Shown here: positions 19,376-31,248 of the stretch, one piece after another | Numbering within the stretch: the stretch's first letter is position 1 | How the letters are laid out: every line of letters starts with the position of its first letter | From: Trueperaceae bacterium | GTDB lineage: Bacteria; Deinococcota; Deinococci; Deinococcales; Trueperaceae | Direction of reading: 5' to 3' | Assembly: GCA_034520945.1 (NCBI GenBank) | Contig: JAXHNB010000001.1 | Coordinates: forward strand, 192,001-256,000 | Length of the DNA stretch: 64,000 nucleotides | The notes under the pieces: generated by a model | Seen by the model: the letters and a program-made list of their open reading frames with translations, nothing else | What the model was told of the DNA's origin: nothing | The model's database searches: none | Made by a program: the position numbers and the translations under genes

Positions 19376-20275
19376 TCAGCGCAGGACGACCAGCGCCAGG
19401 AAGAAGTAGGCGACCGGAAGGGCGAACAGGCTCGAGTCGATCCTGTCCAGGACCCCTCCCTGCCCGGGCAGGAACAGGCCCGCGTCCTTCACGCCCGCCC
19501 AGCGCTTGACCAGGCTTTCGAACAGGTCGCCGATCTGCGAGGCGCTGGCCACCAGCAGGGCGAACGTGACCTCGTCGTGCACGTCGATGTGGAGGCCCAA
19601 CCAGCCTTCGAGCAGCCGGCCGGCCACGACCACGACCACCACGGCGAGGCCGAGCCCGCCGACGGCGCCCTCCACGCTCTTGTCGGGACTGAGGACCGGC
19701 GCCAGCTTGCGGCGGCCGAACGCCGTGCCGAACACCCATCCCCCCACGTCCGACGCCACCACCGCCAACAGCGGCAGGGCGAAGGTGGCGAGCCCCAGCG
19801 TGCCGTCCGGGACGTAGCGAAGCGTGAGGCAGTAGCTGAACAGCCAAGGGATCCACACGTACCCGAACAGGGTATACGTCACGTCCACGAACGACTCGCG
19901 GCGGGGACGGGCGACCTCGGTGGCGATCAGGGCGAAGGCGAACAGGCCCAGCACCACCTGCCGCCACGGGACGACGTCGCTCCAGGGGAACGCCAGGGGC
20001 ACGCCCGCGGGAAGGGCGGCGGGAAGGGTGAGCACCGTGGCGACCAGCAGGGGCACGCGGTGGACGTGAATCCCGCGCAGGCGCATCATGGCCGCGTACT
20101 CGAACACCGCCGTGCCGGCCAGCAACAAGTAGGCGGGGCCCAACAGGGGAAGGCCCGCCCACACTACGACCATGGCCGCCAGAAAGGCGGCCAGTGCCGA
20201 GAAGATGCGCACCCAGGTCGCCGCTGGTGGCGCACCCGCCTCGGCCCGAGGTCCGGGCGGGCGAGGCTGCCTCAC
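19376..20275 (-). CDS. cdsA: Phosphatidate cytidylyltransferase
   Basis: SPDKSVEG, GDLFESLVKR...KD and GGVLDRIDS motifs. Confidence 0.95.
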   Translation of the reverse strand: MRQPRPPGPRAEAGAPPAATWVRIFSALAAFLAAMVVVWAGLPLLGPAYLLLAGTAVFEYAAMMRLRGIHVHRVPLLVATVLTLPAALPAGVPLAFPWSDVVPWRQVVLGLFAFALIATEVARPRRESFVDVTYTLFGYVWIPWLFSYCLTLRYVPDGTLGLATFALPLLAVVASDVGGWVFGTAFGRRKLAPVLSPDKSVEGAVGGLGLAVVVVVVAGRLLEGWLGLHIDVHDEVTFALLVASASQIGDLFESLVKRWAGVKDAGLFLPGQGGVLDRIDSSLFALPVAYFFLALVVLR

Positions 20276-20826
20276 ACCGCCATGATGTCCTCTTCTTTGC
20301 TCTTTACGCGCGCGTCGATCCTGTTTGAAAAGTCGTCCGTCAGCTTCTGGATCTCGGTCTCGCCCAGCCGAAGGTCGTCCTCCGTCAGGTCGTTGGCCTT
20401 CTCCATCTCGGTCAGCTCGTGCTTGGCGTCGCGCCGGATGTTTCGGATGGCGACCTTCGCCTCTTCGGCCATGTGCTTGACGGACTTGACCAGGTCACGG
20501 CGTCGCTCGTCGTTCAGCGGCGGCACGTTGATGAACACCGCGTCGCCCTGATTGTTGGGGTTGAACCCCAGGTCGGACTCGCGGATGGCGCGCTCGATCT
20601 CCTGGATCGCGCTCTTGTCGAACGGCGTGATCACCAGCGTGCGCGGGTCGGGGCTGCCGATGTTCGCCAGTTGGTTCAACGGCGTGCGCGTGCCGTAGTA
20701 ATCGACGTGCACGCGGTTCAGGACCTGCGGGTTGGCGCGGCCGGTGCGGACGGTGGCCACGCTGCTCTCGAAGGCGTCGAGCGACTTCTGCATCCGCTCG
20801 CGCGCTTCCTTCAGGACGCTATCCAT
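20272..20826 (-). CDS. frr: Ribosome recycling factor
   Basis: RTGRANP, VDYYG, PPLNDERR and IRNIRRDA; ATG 20826 follows a GGAGG RBS. Confidence 0.98.
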   Translation of the reverse strand: MDSVLKEARERMQKSLDAFESSVATVRTGRANPQVLNRVHVDYYGTRTPLNQLANIGSPDPRTLVITPFDKSAIQEIERAIRESDLGFNPNNQGDAVFINVPPLNDERRRDLVKSVKHMAEEAKVAIRNIRRDAKHELTEMEKANDLTEDDLRLGETEIQKLTDDFSNRIDARVKSKEEDIMAV

Positions 20827-20950
20827 GCTTGCCTCCCGTCGGCGGACGACCGCCGCCACGATCGCTGTGTATTCGAGTGTACCGTGCGCGCGGCTCGCGC
20901 TGGTGGCCCGTATTCGGGTGCGCTGCACGCCCCCGGGCGCACGGGTCCGC

Positions 20951-22269
<1,319 letters not shown>

Positions 22270-22339
22270 GTTCGGCTCCTCCTGCGTGCGCCCGGTCCCA
22301 TGCGCGGCCGGGCGTGGGCGCGCCTACGCGCGGGGTGGA

Positions 22340-23317
<978 letters not shown>

Positions 23318-23443
23318 CGTATGCCTCCAAGGGCGGGACGTTCAGCGGGGAGTGTCGTGGGACGGGCGTCGCCCGGCCCACCGGGGTGCGCGTCGCGGCG
23401 GACGTCCCGCTGCCGGCCGCGACCAAACCGCGCGAGCATACCA
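23318..23443 (-). promoter_or_regulatory. Extended -10 promoter and structured leader of rpsB-tsf
   Basis: Minus-strand TG-G-TATGCT at 23443-23435; the ~110-nt leader contains complementary GCGGGACGT/ACGTCCCGC; rpsB leaders are known autoregulatory elements. Confidence 0.45.
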
Positions 23444-23518
23444 CGAGGCCGCCCCGGGCGGGGCGGCCGGGGCGGCAGAAGGCGGGGGGAGGCGGCCGAG
23501 CGGGCGGCCGCTCCGGGG

Positions 23519-24634
23519 TCAGGGCAGCGCGTCCAAGGCGTCTTGGGCGTCGGCGTAGCCGGGCCGGATCTCCAGGGCCGTCTGGTAGGCCTCGCGCGCG
23601 GCGTCGAGGTCGCCCGATGCGCCGCGGGCCTCGTACGCCTGACCGAGGACGTAGTGCGCCTCGGCCCGTTCGGGCGGCAGCAGGGCGCCCTGCTGCGCAC
23701 GGCGCACCGCTTCGTCCACGCGGCCCTGCTCCAGGTAGCTCCGCGCCAGGTAGGTGTACAGCGGCGGTTGGAAGACCGCGCCCTCCATGTCGACGGCGCG
23801 CTCCAGCACCTCCAACGCGCGGGTCGTGTGGTCGCACTCGAACAGCGCGATGCCGAGCTGCGACACCGCCGACAACGAGTTCGGATCCAGCGCGACCGCC
23901 TGCGACAACTCGTACTCGGCCGCCTGGCAGTCGCCCAAACGGTAGTGCGCGTTGCCCAGCAGGTTGTGCGCGTCGGGGTTGGTGGGGTCGAGCACCACGG
24001 CCCGGCGGAAGGTCTGGCGGGCCAACTCGATCTCGCTCTGGTCGCGGTAGACACGCCCCAGATTCACCTGCATGGTCGAACGTTCCCGGTCGTTCAGGTC
24101 CGTGTCGGCGGCACGCTCGACCGCCCGTTCGAACGCCTGACGCGCGCCCTGCAGATCGCCCGACTGGTACAGCACCACGCCCTTGGTGTTCAGGACGGTC
24201 GGATCGTCGGGCGCCGTCTCTTCGGCGCGGCTGACCACGTCCAGCGCATCGCCCAGCCGCGTGGCGTACGCCTCGGGGTCGGACTGGTACTGCTGGCGAT
24301 AGGTGAGGGCCAACTGCACCAACGGCCTGGCCGCGTCACCGGACACCTCCACGGCGCGCCGAAGCGTCTCTACCGATGCCGACAGGGCCCCTTGGCAGCG
24401 CAGCGCCCGGCCCCGGCCGACGAGCGCGCCTTCATGGTCCGGTGTGGCGTCGAGCGCCTCTTCGTAGAAGTACTGCGCCAGGGCGCAATCGCCACGATCC
24501 ATGTAGAAATCGCCGTCGCCCACGAGCGTGGCGGGATCCTGCGTGTCGTCCTGTGCCTGTCCGTCCTCCTGGGCCAGGGCCGCGCCTGCGCCGAGCAGGA
24601 CGAGCAGGAGTACGTAGATGCTACGTCGAATCAA
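23519..24634 (-). CDS. Exported tetratricopeptide-repeat protein
   Basis: Signal peptide (ALA-Q) followed by multiple TPR units (AHNLLGNAHY, AHYVLGQAY). Confidence 0.85.
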   Translation of the reverse strand: MIRRSIYVLLLVLLGAGAALAQEDGQAQDDTQDPATLVGDGDFYMDRGDCALAQYFYEEALDATPDHEGALVGRGRALRCQGALSASVETLRRAVEVSGDAARPLVQLALTYRQQYQSDPEAYATRLGDALDVVSRAEETAPDDPTVLNTKGVVLYQSGDLQGARQAFERAVERAADTDLNDRERSTMQVNLGRVYRDQSEIELARQTFRRAVVLDPTNPDAHNLLGNAHYRLGDCQAAEYELSQAVALDPNSLSAVSQLGIALFECDHTTRALEVLERAVDMEGAVFQPPLYTYLARSYLEQGRVDEAVRRAQQGALLPPERAEAHYVLGQAYEARGASGDLDAAREAYQTALEIRPGYADAQDALDALP

Positions 24635-24790
24635 GGTCGCCTCCGTGATCCACTAGGGAATTCTTCGTCGCGTGCGCCAGTGTACCCCGCGCCTCCGCGC
24701 GCGCACGGTGCTGGGGGCGGGTACGCCTTTGCACGCACATCATGGAAGCAGCGCGTGAGAATGCGGTGTGCCGAAGGGGGCCGCGGAACG

Positions 24791-25297
24791 TCAGGAAAGC
24801 AGCAGCTGTAGGAACTGGTGGTGGAAGAACCCCGCCGTGGCCCCGAACACCAGGTGCCCCACCAGGAGCCACGGCACCAACGCCAGGCTGTCCCGGTACT
24901 TCGGCAAGGGATGATGCTCGGTCACGACGATCGTCATCAGCAAGGCGACCACGGCGCCGTGCGCGAACCCCAGCACCAGGCCCGCGAGAGGGAACACCGC
25001 ATCGAGCGTCACCGGCAGGGGCGTTCCCACCGTCCATGCGGGTGCAGCGGCGGCGTTGACCATCAGGGTGCGCACGACCAGGCCGTACGCCACGGCGAAC
25101 ACGATGCCGCCCGCTCCGAACGTGAGCGCACCCAAGAAGGTGGACCGGGCGTCCTCGCGGCCCGTGAGCGCCGAGCCGAGCACGCCGGCCACGTCGTAGG
25201 GGCGGCCGCGCCATAGGCGCGGCAGGTACAGCACCAGCAACATGACGACGGTCGCGATCAGGCCAGCGGCGAACGACGACAACACCACCTCGATCAT
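24791..25297 (-). CDS. Uncharacterised four-helix membrane protein
   Basis: Hydrophobic segments; AGLIATVVM, AHG, EHHP and GHLVFG motifs; GGAG RBS upstream. Confidence 0.7.
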   Translation of the reverse strand: MIEVVLSSFAAGLIATVVMLLVLYLPRLWRGRPYDVAGVLGSALTGREDARSTFLGALTFGAGGIVFAVAYGLVVRTLMVNAAAAPAWTVGTPLPVTLDAVFPLAGLVLGFAHGAVVALLMTIVVTEHHPLPKYRDSLALVPWLLVGHLVFGATAGFFHHQFLQLLLS

Positions 25298-25480
25298 GGC
25301 GCAGACTCCTTCCGCCGGCGGCAGACGTGGCCGCACGGCATGCCCTCAGCCTAGAGGCCGGTCCCGCCTTCGCGGGTGAAGCGGCGTACCTCGGCGCACG
25401 CCGGCGCCGGCAGGGGTGGTAGCATGCGCCGCGCGGCTCGTGGTTGCGCCGCTCGTTTCCACCACGGAGGAAGTTTGCCG

Positions 25481-26446
25481 ATGCCCACGAGGTTCGTGTC
25501 TACCCCGGCCCTGGCTTGGACCGCGCTGATCGCGAACGTGCTGGTGATCCTGCAGGGGGCCGTCGTGCGCATCACGCACGCCGGCGCCGGGTGCGGACGT
25601 CACTGGCCCACCTGCAACGGCGAGATCGTGCCGCTGGCCGGGGGCACGGCAACGCTGATCGAGTTCACGCACCGCCTGATGTCGGCCGTCGTGTTGGCGT
25701 TGGGCGTGTGGCTGTTGGCGCGCGCGTTTCGCAGCCGGACCCAGCGGCCCGGCCTGTGGGCGTTCGCGGCGGCGTCGTTCGCGCTTCTCGTGGTGGAGGC
25801 CCTGCTGGGCGCCGCGACGGTCCTCCTCGGCCTCACCGGCAGCGACGCGAGCCTGGGCCGTGGCGTGATGGTGGCCAGCCACCTGGTCAACTCGGTGCTG
25901 CTGGTCGGTGCGCTCGCCGCCACGGTGGTGTACGCCACCGGCCGGGGGCGGTGGCCGCTGCGGCTCGGCACGCAGGGCGCGCTGGCGACGGCGCTCACGG
26001 TAGGGCTGGTCGGCATGCTGGCGCTCACCTTCTCGGGCGGGATCGCCGCGATGGGGAACACCATCTTCCCCTCCAGCGACCTGGCGTCCGGGCTGGCGGC
26101 CGACTTCGATCCCGACGCGCACCCGCTCGTCCGCCTGCGCATCCTGCATCCGCTGATCGCGCTGAGTGTCGGCGTGTACCTGTTCGTCAGCCTCGGGTTC
26201 GCTTGGTGGTCGAAGCCGACGCCCCACGCGCGCGGGGCGACGCGGGCGCTGTTCGCCGTGTACCTCGCGCAGCTGCTGGTCGGCGCGCTCAACCTGGCCT
26301 TCCTGGCGCCGGTCGTGCTGCAGCTCCTGCACCTGTCCCTCGCCGTCGCCGCCTTCGGCCTGTTGGCCGCGACGACCGTGATCATGCTCGGCGCGCCGGC
26401 GGTGCGCCCCGCCCGAACCGTGGCCCCCGTGATGGAGAACGCCTGA
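25481..26446 (+). CDS. ctaA: Heme A synthase (COX15/CtaA)
   Basis: GAGCGRHWPTCNG, IEFTHR and conserved His in transmembrane helices. Confidence 0.9.
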   Translation: MPTRFVSTPALAWTALIANVLVILQGAVVRITHAGAGCGRHWPTCNGEIVPLAGGTATLIEFTHRLMSAVVLALGVWLLARAFRSRTQRPGLWAFAAASFALLVVEALLGAATVLLGLTGSDASLGRGVMVASHLVNSVLLVGALAATVVYATGRGRWPLRLGTQGALATALTVGLVGMLALTFSGGIAAMGNTIFPSSDLASGLAADFDPDAHPLVRLRILHPLIALSVGVYLFVSLGFAWWSKPTPHARGATRALFAVYLAQLLVGALNLAFLAPVVLQLLHLSLAVAAFGLLAATTVIMLGAPAVRPARTVAPVMENA

Positions 26447-27363
26447 TGTCGACGCGCGATGCCGCCCCCGTGCACCCCCCCCGTGCCACCTGGCGCGACT
26501 ACCTGACGCTCACCAAACCGCGCGTGATCAGCCTGTTGTTGCTGACCACGATCGGCGCGATGTTCATCGCGGCCCGCGGCTGGCCGGGGACGTGGCCGCT
26601 AATCGGCCTGCTGCTGGGCGGGTACATGTCGGCTGGGGCGGCCGGGGTGTTCAACATGATCTTCGACCGCGACATCGACGAGCGCATGCGGCGGACCGCG
26701 AAGCGCCCCACCGTCACGCAGGTCGTGCCCACCCCGCACGCGACCGTGTTCGCCATTGCCCTCACCCTCGCCTCGTTCACCGTGATCTGGGCCGCCTCGA
26801 ACCTGCTGGCGGCCCTGTTGTCCTGGGCGGGCATCGCGTTCTACGTGATCATCTACACCATGTGGCTCAAGCGGACCACCTGGCAGAACATCGTGATCGG
26901 GGGCGCCGCCGGCGCGATTCCTCCGCTGGTCGGCTGGGCGGCGGTCACCGGTGAGCTGAGCCTGCTGGCGTGGCTGCTGTTCGCGCTGGTGTTCCTGTGG
27001 ACGCCGGTGCACTTCTGGGCCCTGGCGTTGATGATCAAGGACGAGTACGCCGCGGTCGGCGTCCCCATGGCCCCCTCGGTGATCGGCGAGCGCGCCACCG
27101 TGCTCCAGATCGTGATGTACGCCGTGCTGACCATCGTGCTGAGTGTGATCCCCTTCGCGATGCACGCGTTCTCGCCGGTGTACTTCGTCGCCGCGCTGGG
27201 ACTGAACGTCGTCCTGGCCCTGCGGGTGGTGGCGTTGTGGAACCAGGCGCGCGCCGGCGTACGCATCGACAAGGCACGCGCCCTGCCGCTGTACAAGTAC
27301 TCGATGCTGTACCTGGCGTTGCTTTTCCTCACCATGGCCGTCGACCGCGCGTTCTTCGCCTGA
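26446..27363 (+). CDS. ctaB: Protoheme IX farnesyltransferase (heme O synthase)
   Basis: LTKPRV, DRDIDxxMxRTxxRP, NIVIGGAAG and WTPVHFWAL; ATG overlaps the ctaA stop. Confidence 0.96.
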   Translation: MSTRDAAPVHPPRATWRDYLTLTKPRVISLLLLTTIGAMFIAARGWPGTWPLIGLLLGGYMSAGAAGVFNMIFDRDIDERMRRTAKRPTVTQVVPTPHATVFAIALTLASFTVIWAASNLLAALLSWAGIAFYVIIYTMWLKRTTWQNIVIGGAAGAIPPLVGWAAVTGELSLLAWLLFALVFLWTPVHFWALALMIKDEYAAVGVPMAPSVIGERATVLQIVMYAVLTIVLSVIPFAMHAFSPVYFVAALGLNVVLALRVVALWNQARAGVRIDKARALPLYKYSMLYLALLFLTMAVDRAFFA

Positions 27364-27374
27364 GTGGGCTCGCC

Positions 27375-28193
27375 GTGACGCGCTTCGCGCCGCGGGCGTG
27401 GGCGATGCACCTGCTGGTGCTGGCCGTGGCCGGCACGTGCGTGTCGCTGGGCGTCTGGCAGTTGGACCGGCACGCGCAGCTTCGCGAGCGCAACGCGCTC
27501 CTGCGGGCGCGCCTGGACGCCGCCCCCATGGCGTACCTGGACGCTGCCGGCGCGTTCGACCCGGACGCGCCGGCCGGGGCCCGCCTAGATCCGCGCTACC
27601 GGCCGGTTCGCGTCGGCGGACGCTTCGCGCCCGAGCACGAGGTGCTGCTGCGAGGCCGCAGCCTCGAGGGGCGACCGGGCTACCACGTGCTCACCCCGCT
27701 GTCGTTGGACGTGAGCGACGGCGATTCGCGCGCGGTGCTGGTCGACCGGGGGTGGGTGCCGTACCGCCTGGACACGCCGGGGGACGACATCTTCGCGCCG
27801 CCTACCGGCCGGGTGACGCTGCGGGGTCGCCTCATGCCCACCGAGGAGCCCCCCACGGGTCCCCTGGCCGCGCTGACGCCGCGCGACCCGCCCGAGGGGC
27901 CGCTGGATCGCATCGCGCGGCCCGACGTGGCGCGGTTGCAGTCGCAGATGCCGTTCGAACTGGACCCGTTCGTGATCCATCTGGAGACGGAGACCGACGC
28001 GGATACGGACGTCGGTGCGGTCGCATCGGACGCGGCCGCGGAGGGAGGACCGTCGCTGCCGGTACGCCCGCCACCGCCCGCACCCGAGGGGGGGCCGCAC
28101 CTGGCGTACGCGGCGCAGTGGTTCCTGTTCGCGCTCATCGCCGCCTGCGGCTACGCCATCCTGCTGCGACGCCGCGGGCCGGCCGGGGGCTGA
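27375..28193 (+). CDS. surf1: SURF1 family protein
   Basis: LGVWQLDR, GYHVLTPL, LVDRGWVP and HLAYAAQWF motifs; start codon uncertain (27375 or 27405). Confidence 0.92.
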   Translation: MTRFAPRAWAMHLLVLAVAGTCVSLGVWQLDRHAQLRERNALLRARLDAAPMAYLDAAGAFDPDAPAGARLDPRYRPVRVGGRFAPEHEVLLRGRSLEGRPGYHVLTPLSLDVSDGDSRAVLVDRGWVPYRLDTPGDDIFAPPTGRVTLRGRLMPTEEPPTGPLAALTPRDPPEGPLDRIARPDVARLQSQMPFELDPFVIHLETETDADTDVGAVASDAAAEGGPSLPVRPPPPAPEGGPHLAYAAQWFLFALIAACGYAILLRRRGPAGG

Positions 28194-28209
28194 ACCAGGC
28201 GACGACGCC

Positions 28210-29046
28210 TCAGGTGGCGGGCGCGCCCGAGGGCTGCCAGGCGTGCATGCGAATGTCGCACAACTCCTCGAACCCCACCCGCGCCAGGATCGGGGCGGAG
28301 GTGCGCCGGTCGGCCTGCACCAGCGCCGCCTCGCAGCCGGCCGTGCGCGCCTCGTCCAGGCGGCGGCGCAGCAGGGCGCGGTACAGGCCGCGGCCGCGGT
28401 GGTCCGGATGCGTGCCGGAACCGCCCAGCAGCGCCAGGCGTGGGCCGTGAAACAGCACCACCGTGCCGAACGCCACCGGCTCGGCCGTGCCCGGCGCGAA
28501 CGCCAGGAACACGCGGGTTCGGTAGTCGTTGGCTTCGTGCAGCAGGAAGGCGTTGGCGTCCCGCATCGTTTCCGTCGGCATGCCGTAGCACGCCGCCATC
28601 GCCGCGGCGTAGTGCCGGAGGTCGCTGCGCGTCGCCGTTCGCACGCTCACCGGTGGGTCGGCCCCGCCGGGCCGCGCCAGGTCGCGCAACGCCATCCCGG
28701 CCAGCGCTTCGGCCGGCACCACGCCCGCGCGGGTCAGCCGCGTCGACAGGTCGCCCGGGGTGCTGCGCGGACCGACCACCCACGTGAAGCCCTTGCCGTC
28801 CTCTTCGAACGTCGCGATGAGGTGCCGGATGGTCGCGTCGGCCCGCTCGGCGGACAGGCCGTCGGCCCCCACGCGGTTGGCGTACGGGTTGGCCGAGGAC
28901 GACACGCCGCCCCGCAGGCCCGGCACGCGCAACGGTCGGACGAACCCCGGCACGTCGCACCAGGCGAACATGCTGTCCTCGATGGCGCCGACCAGATTCC
29001 CGCCGTCCGCGAGGCGTCCCCGTCCCAGGGACGACGCCGGCGTCAC
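28210..29046 (-). CDS. GNAT family N-acetyltransferase
   Basis: C-terminal T-x-P-x-H-RGRGLY and SAPILARVGF motifs. Confidence 0.85.
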   Translation of the reverse strand: MTPASSLGRGRLADGGNLVGAIEDSMFAWCDVPGFVRPLRVPGLRGGVSSSANPYANRVGADGLSAERADATIRHLIATFEEDGKGFTWVVGPRSTPGDLSTRLTRAGVVPAEALAGMALRDLARPGGADPPVSVRTATRSDLRHYAAAMAACYGMPTETMRDANAFLLHEANDYRTRVFLAFAPGTAEPVAFGTVVLFHGPRLALLGGSGTHPDHRGRGLYRALLRRRLDEARTAGCEAALVQADRRTSAPILARVGFEELCDIRMHAWQPSGAPAT

Positions 29047-29077
29047 GGTCTCTGTCCGCCCACGCCGCGCGCCCAGC

Positions 29078-30193
29078 TCAACCTGTGGGCACCAACGCGT
29101 CGGCCAGCGTGTTCATGAGCGCGTCGAACGGCTGCACGAACTTGTCGATCCCCTCGTCCTCGAGGCGTGCCGTGACGGCGTCGATGTCGATGCCGAGCTC
29201 GGCCAACTCCACCATGGCGGCCTTGGCGTCCGGCACGCGTTCACGGATGCGTTCGGCCGGATCGCCCTGCTGCCGGTAGGCGTCGAGGGTGGCGGTCGGC
29301 ATGGTGTTCACCGTGTCGGGTCCGATCAGCGGCTCGACGTACATCAACGGGTCGTAGTCGGGGTTCTTGGTGCTGGTCGAGGCCCACAACAGCCGTTGCG
29401 GCCGCGCCCCCGCCTCCGCCAGCCGTGCCCAGCGGTCGCTTGCGATCACGTTCTCGTAGTCGCGGTAGGCGAGCTTGGCGTTGGCGACCGCGATCTGTCC
29501 CTTCAGGTGGGCGGCGCGGGCGGCGACGTCGCTGTTGCGGGCGGCGACGTCGTCCAGCAGGGGATCGATCGCGACGTCGATGCGGCTGAGGAAGAAACTG
29601 GCGACCGAGGCGACGTCCGGCGCGGCCCCCGCCTCGATCCGGGCCTCCATCGCCTGCAGGAAGGCCTCGTGCACCTCGGCGTAGCGCTGCAGGCCGAACA
29701 ACAAGGTCACATTGATGGGAACGCCGTCGGTCAGGAGCGTACGGATGGCCGGCACCCCCGCCGCGGTGCCGGGCACCTTGATGAACACGTTGGGCCGGTC
29801 CAAGCGCGCGTGCAGGTGCTTCGCCTCCTGAATGGTGCCGTCGGTGTCGTGCGCCAGGTGCGGGTTCACCTCCAGCGACACCCATCCGAACCGGCCGGCG
29901 GAGTCCTCCCATTGGGGGCGGAACATGTCGGCGGCGCGGCGGATGTCCTCGAGCACGACCGCCTCGTACACGGCGGGCACGTCCAGGCCGCCCTCGGCGA
30001 GGGCGCGGATCTGCTCGTCGTAATCGGTGGAGTCCGCGATCGCCTTCTGGAAGATGGCGGGGTTGCTGGTCACGCCGCGCAGGTGGTCCTGGTCGATGAA
30101 CGCCTGCATGGTGCCGTCAAACAGCCAAGCGCGTCGGATTTCGTCGACGTAGACCGATTGGCCGAAGTCGGGAAGGCGGGCGAGGGGATTCAT
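29078..30193 (-). CDS. tal: Transaldolase (large type)
   Basis: GVTSNPAIF, VSLEV, IKVPGT, NVTLLF, VASFFLSRID and LWASTSTKNP motifs. Confidence 0.97.
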   Translation of the reverse strand: MNPLARLPDFGQSVYVDEIRRAWLFDGTMQAFIDQDHLRGVTSNPAIFQKAIADSTDYDEQIRALAEGGLDVPAVYEAVVLEDIRRAADMFRPQWEDSAGRFGWVSLEVNPHLAHDTDGTIQEAKHLHARLDRPNVFIKVPGTAAGVPAIRTLLTDGVPINVTLLFGLQRYAEVHEAFLQAMEARIEAGAAPDVASVASFFLSRIDVAIDPLLDDVAARNSDVAARAAHLKGQIAVANAKLAYRDYENVIASDRWARLAEAGARPQRLLWASTSTKNPDYDPLMYVEPLIGPDTVNTMPTATLDAYRQQGDPAERIRERVPDAKAAMVELAELGIDIDAVTARLEDEGIDKFVQPFDALMNTLADALVPTG

Positions 30194-30272
30194 GTGCGTC
30201 TCCTTCAGGGTCGTGGTGGGGTGCCGTCTCTCCGGTGAACCGTGGGGCGGCGGGGTCGCCCCTGCGTGTTCT

Positions 30273-30746
30273 TCATCGTGTCACTGCATCCGGGCGTTCC
30301 GCGTCGTCCCGGGACACGTCGCGGCGCTCGTCCTCGGCCGTGTCCGTGTCCTGCGGACCGAGGCCCTCCCGGTGGGTCGCGTACGCCGGCCTGCCGGGCG
30401 CGTCACGCGGCGGGGCGCCGGGGCCGTCGGGGGGCATTCTTCGCGGGTGGGGCGCCGCCATGCCGTCCGCGCTGGCGGGGGCCGCCTCGGCCGCCCACGG
30501 CCCTGCCCCGGGCCGGCGTGCGCGGCGATGCATCGCCAGGCGCCAGCGGCGCCGCGCAAGGTACGCCCGCGCCGCCAGGCGCACCGTCATTGCCGTCCCC
30601 AGCAGAACCAGGGGCAACGCCAGCCAGGGGCCCACCTGGAAGCGGACCCACTCGCCGGCCAGCGCCGCGGTGAGCGCGCCCAGAAGCAACACCAGGAAGG
30701 GGGAGGGGGGACGGGTTGGGAGCACCGAATCACCTACCGCCGTCAT
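30273..30746 (-). CDS. Hypothetical two-TM membrane protein
   Basis: Two hydrophobic helices then a basic/disordered tail; ATGA overlap with the upstream RusA-like gene. Confidence 0.5.
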   Translation of the reverse strand: MTAVGDSVLPTRPPSPFLVLLLGALTAALAGEWVRFQVGPWLALPLVLLGTAMTVRLAARAYLARRRWRLAMHRRARRPGAGPWAAEAAPASADGMAAPHPRRMPPDGPGAPPRDAPGRPAYATHREGLGPQDTDTAEDERRDVSRDDAERPDAVTR

Positions 30747-31201
30747 ACCACGGGCTCACTGGGGGCGGCTTCCACCGTCGCGGCGACGGCGGCGGCGCCG
30801 ACGTGCTGGGTGACGCGCAGGTCGCGGATGCAGCCGTCCAAGCCGCCTTCGCCGTCGCGGTCGTCGCGGATCAGGCCCAGGCCGGACGCGACGTCGGAGA
30901 TGCGGCGGCGGCCCAGGGTCCGGCCGTAGGTCCGATCGGGTTGGAGGACGTCCAACAGCGGTTTGACGGCCCCGTACTTCCCGTCCGCGTCCAGCAGGCT
31001 GCGAGACGGCCGCCACAGCTCCACCCGGATGTGGCAGTGCGGCAGGGGTTCGCGCGGCGCGGCGGGCGTGAGTCCGGCGCGGGCCAGCAGCAGCACCTCG
31101 TCGCGTAGCCGGCGGTAGTCGTGCGCGTGCATGCGGATCAGGCGATTGGGGCCCGGCAGCAGGAGCCCTTCGATGCGGATCGTCCAGCGCCCGGCCGTCA
31201 T
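30743..31201 (-). CDS. RusA-like Holliday junction resolvase family protein (152 aa)
   Basis: P-x-x-N-R, IRVELxxP, D-A-D...K...D-V-L and G-L-I-x-D-D are colinear with the RusA catalytic pattern; TATCCT-N7-ATG supports the start. Confidence 0.65.
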   Translation of the reverse strand: MTAGRWTIRIEGLLLPGPNRLIRMHAHDYRRLRDEVLLLARAGLTPAAPREPLPHCHIRVELWRPSRSLLDADGKYGAVKPLLDVLQPDRTYGRTLGRRRISDVASGLGLIRDDRDGEGGLDGCIRDLRVTQHVGAAAVAATVEAAPSEPVV

Positions 31202-31248
31202 GCCGGCCAGGATACCGGCGTTGCCTGGCGCGGGCGTACACTGCTCGG

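Noticed and set aside
25444..27363. 639-aa ORF as a CtaA-CtaB fusion
   Set aside because: Its N-terminal half is out of frame with ctaA; the two genes are separate with a TGATG overlap
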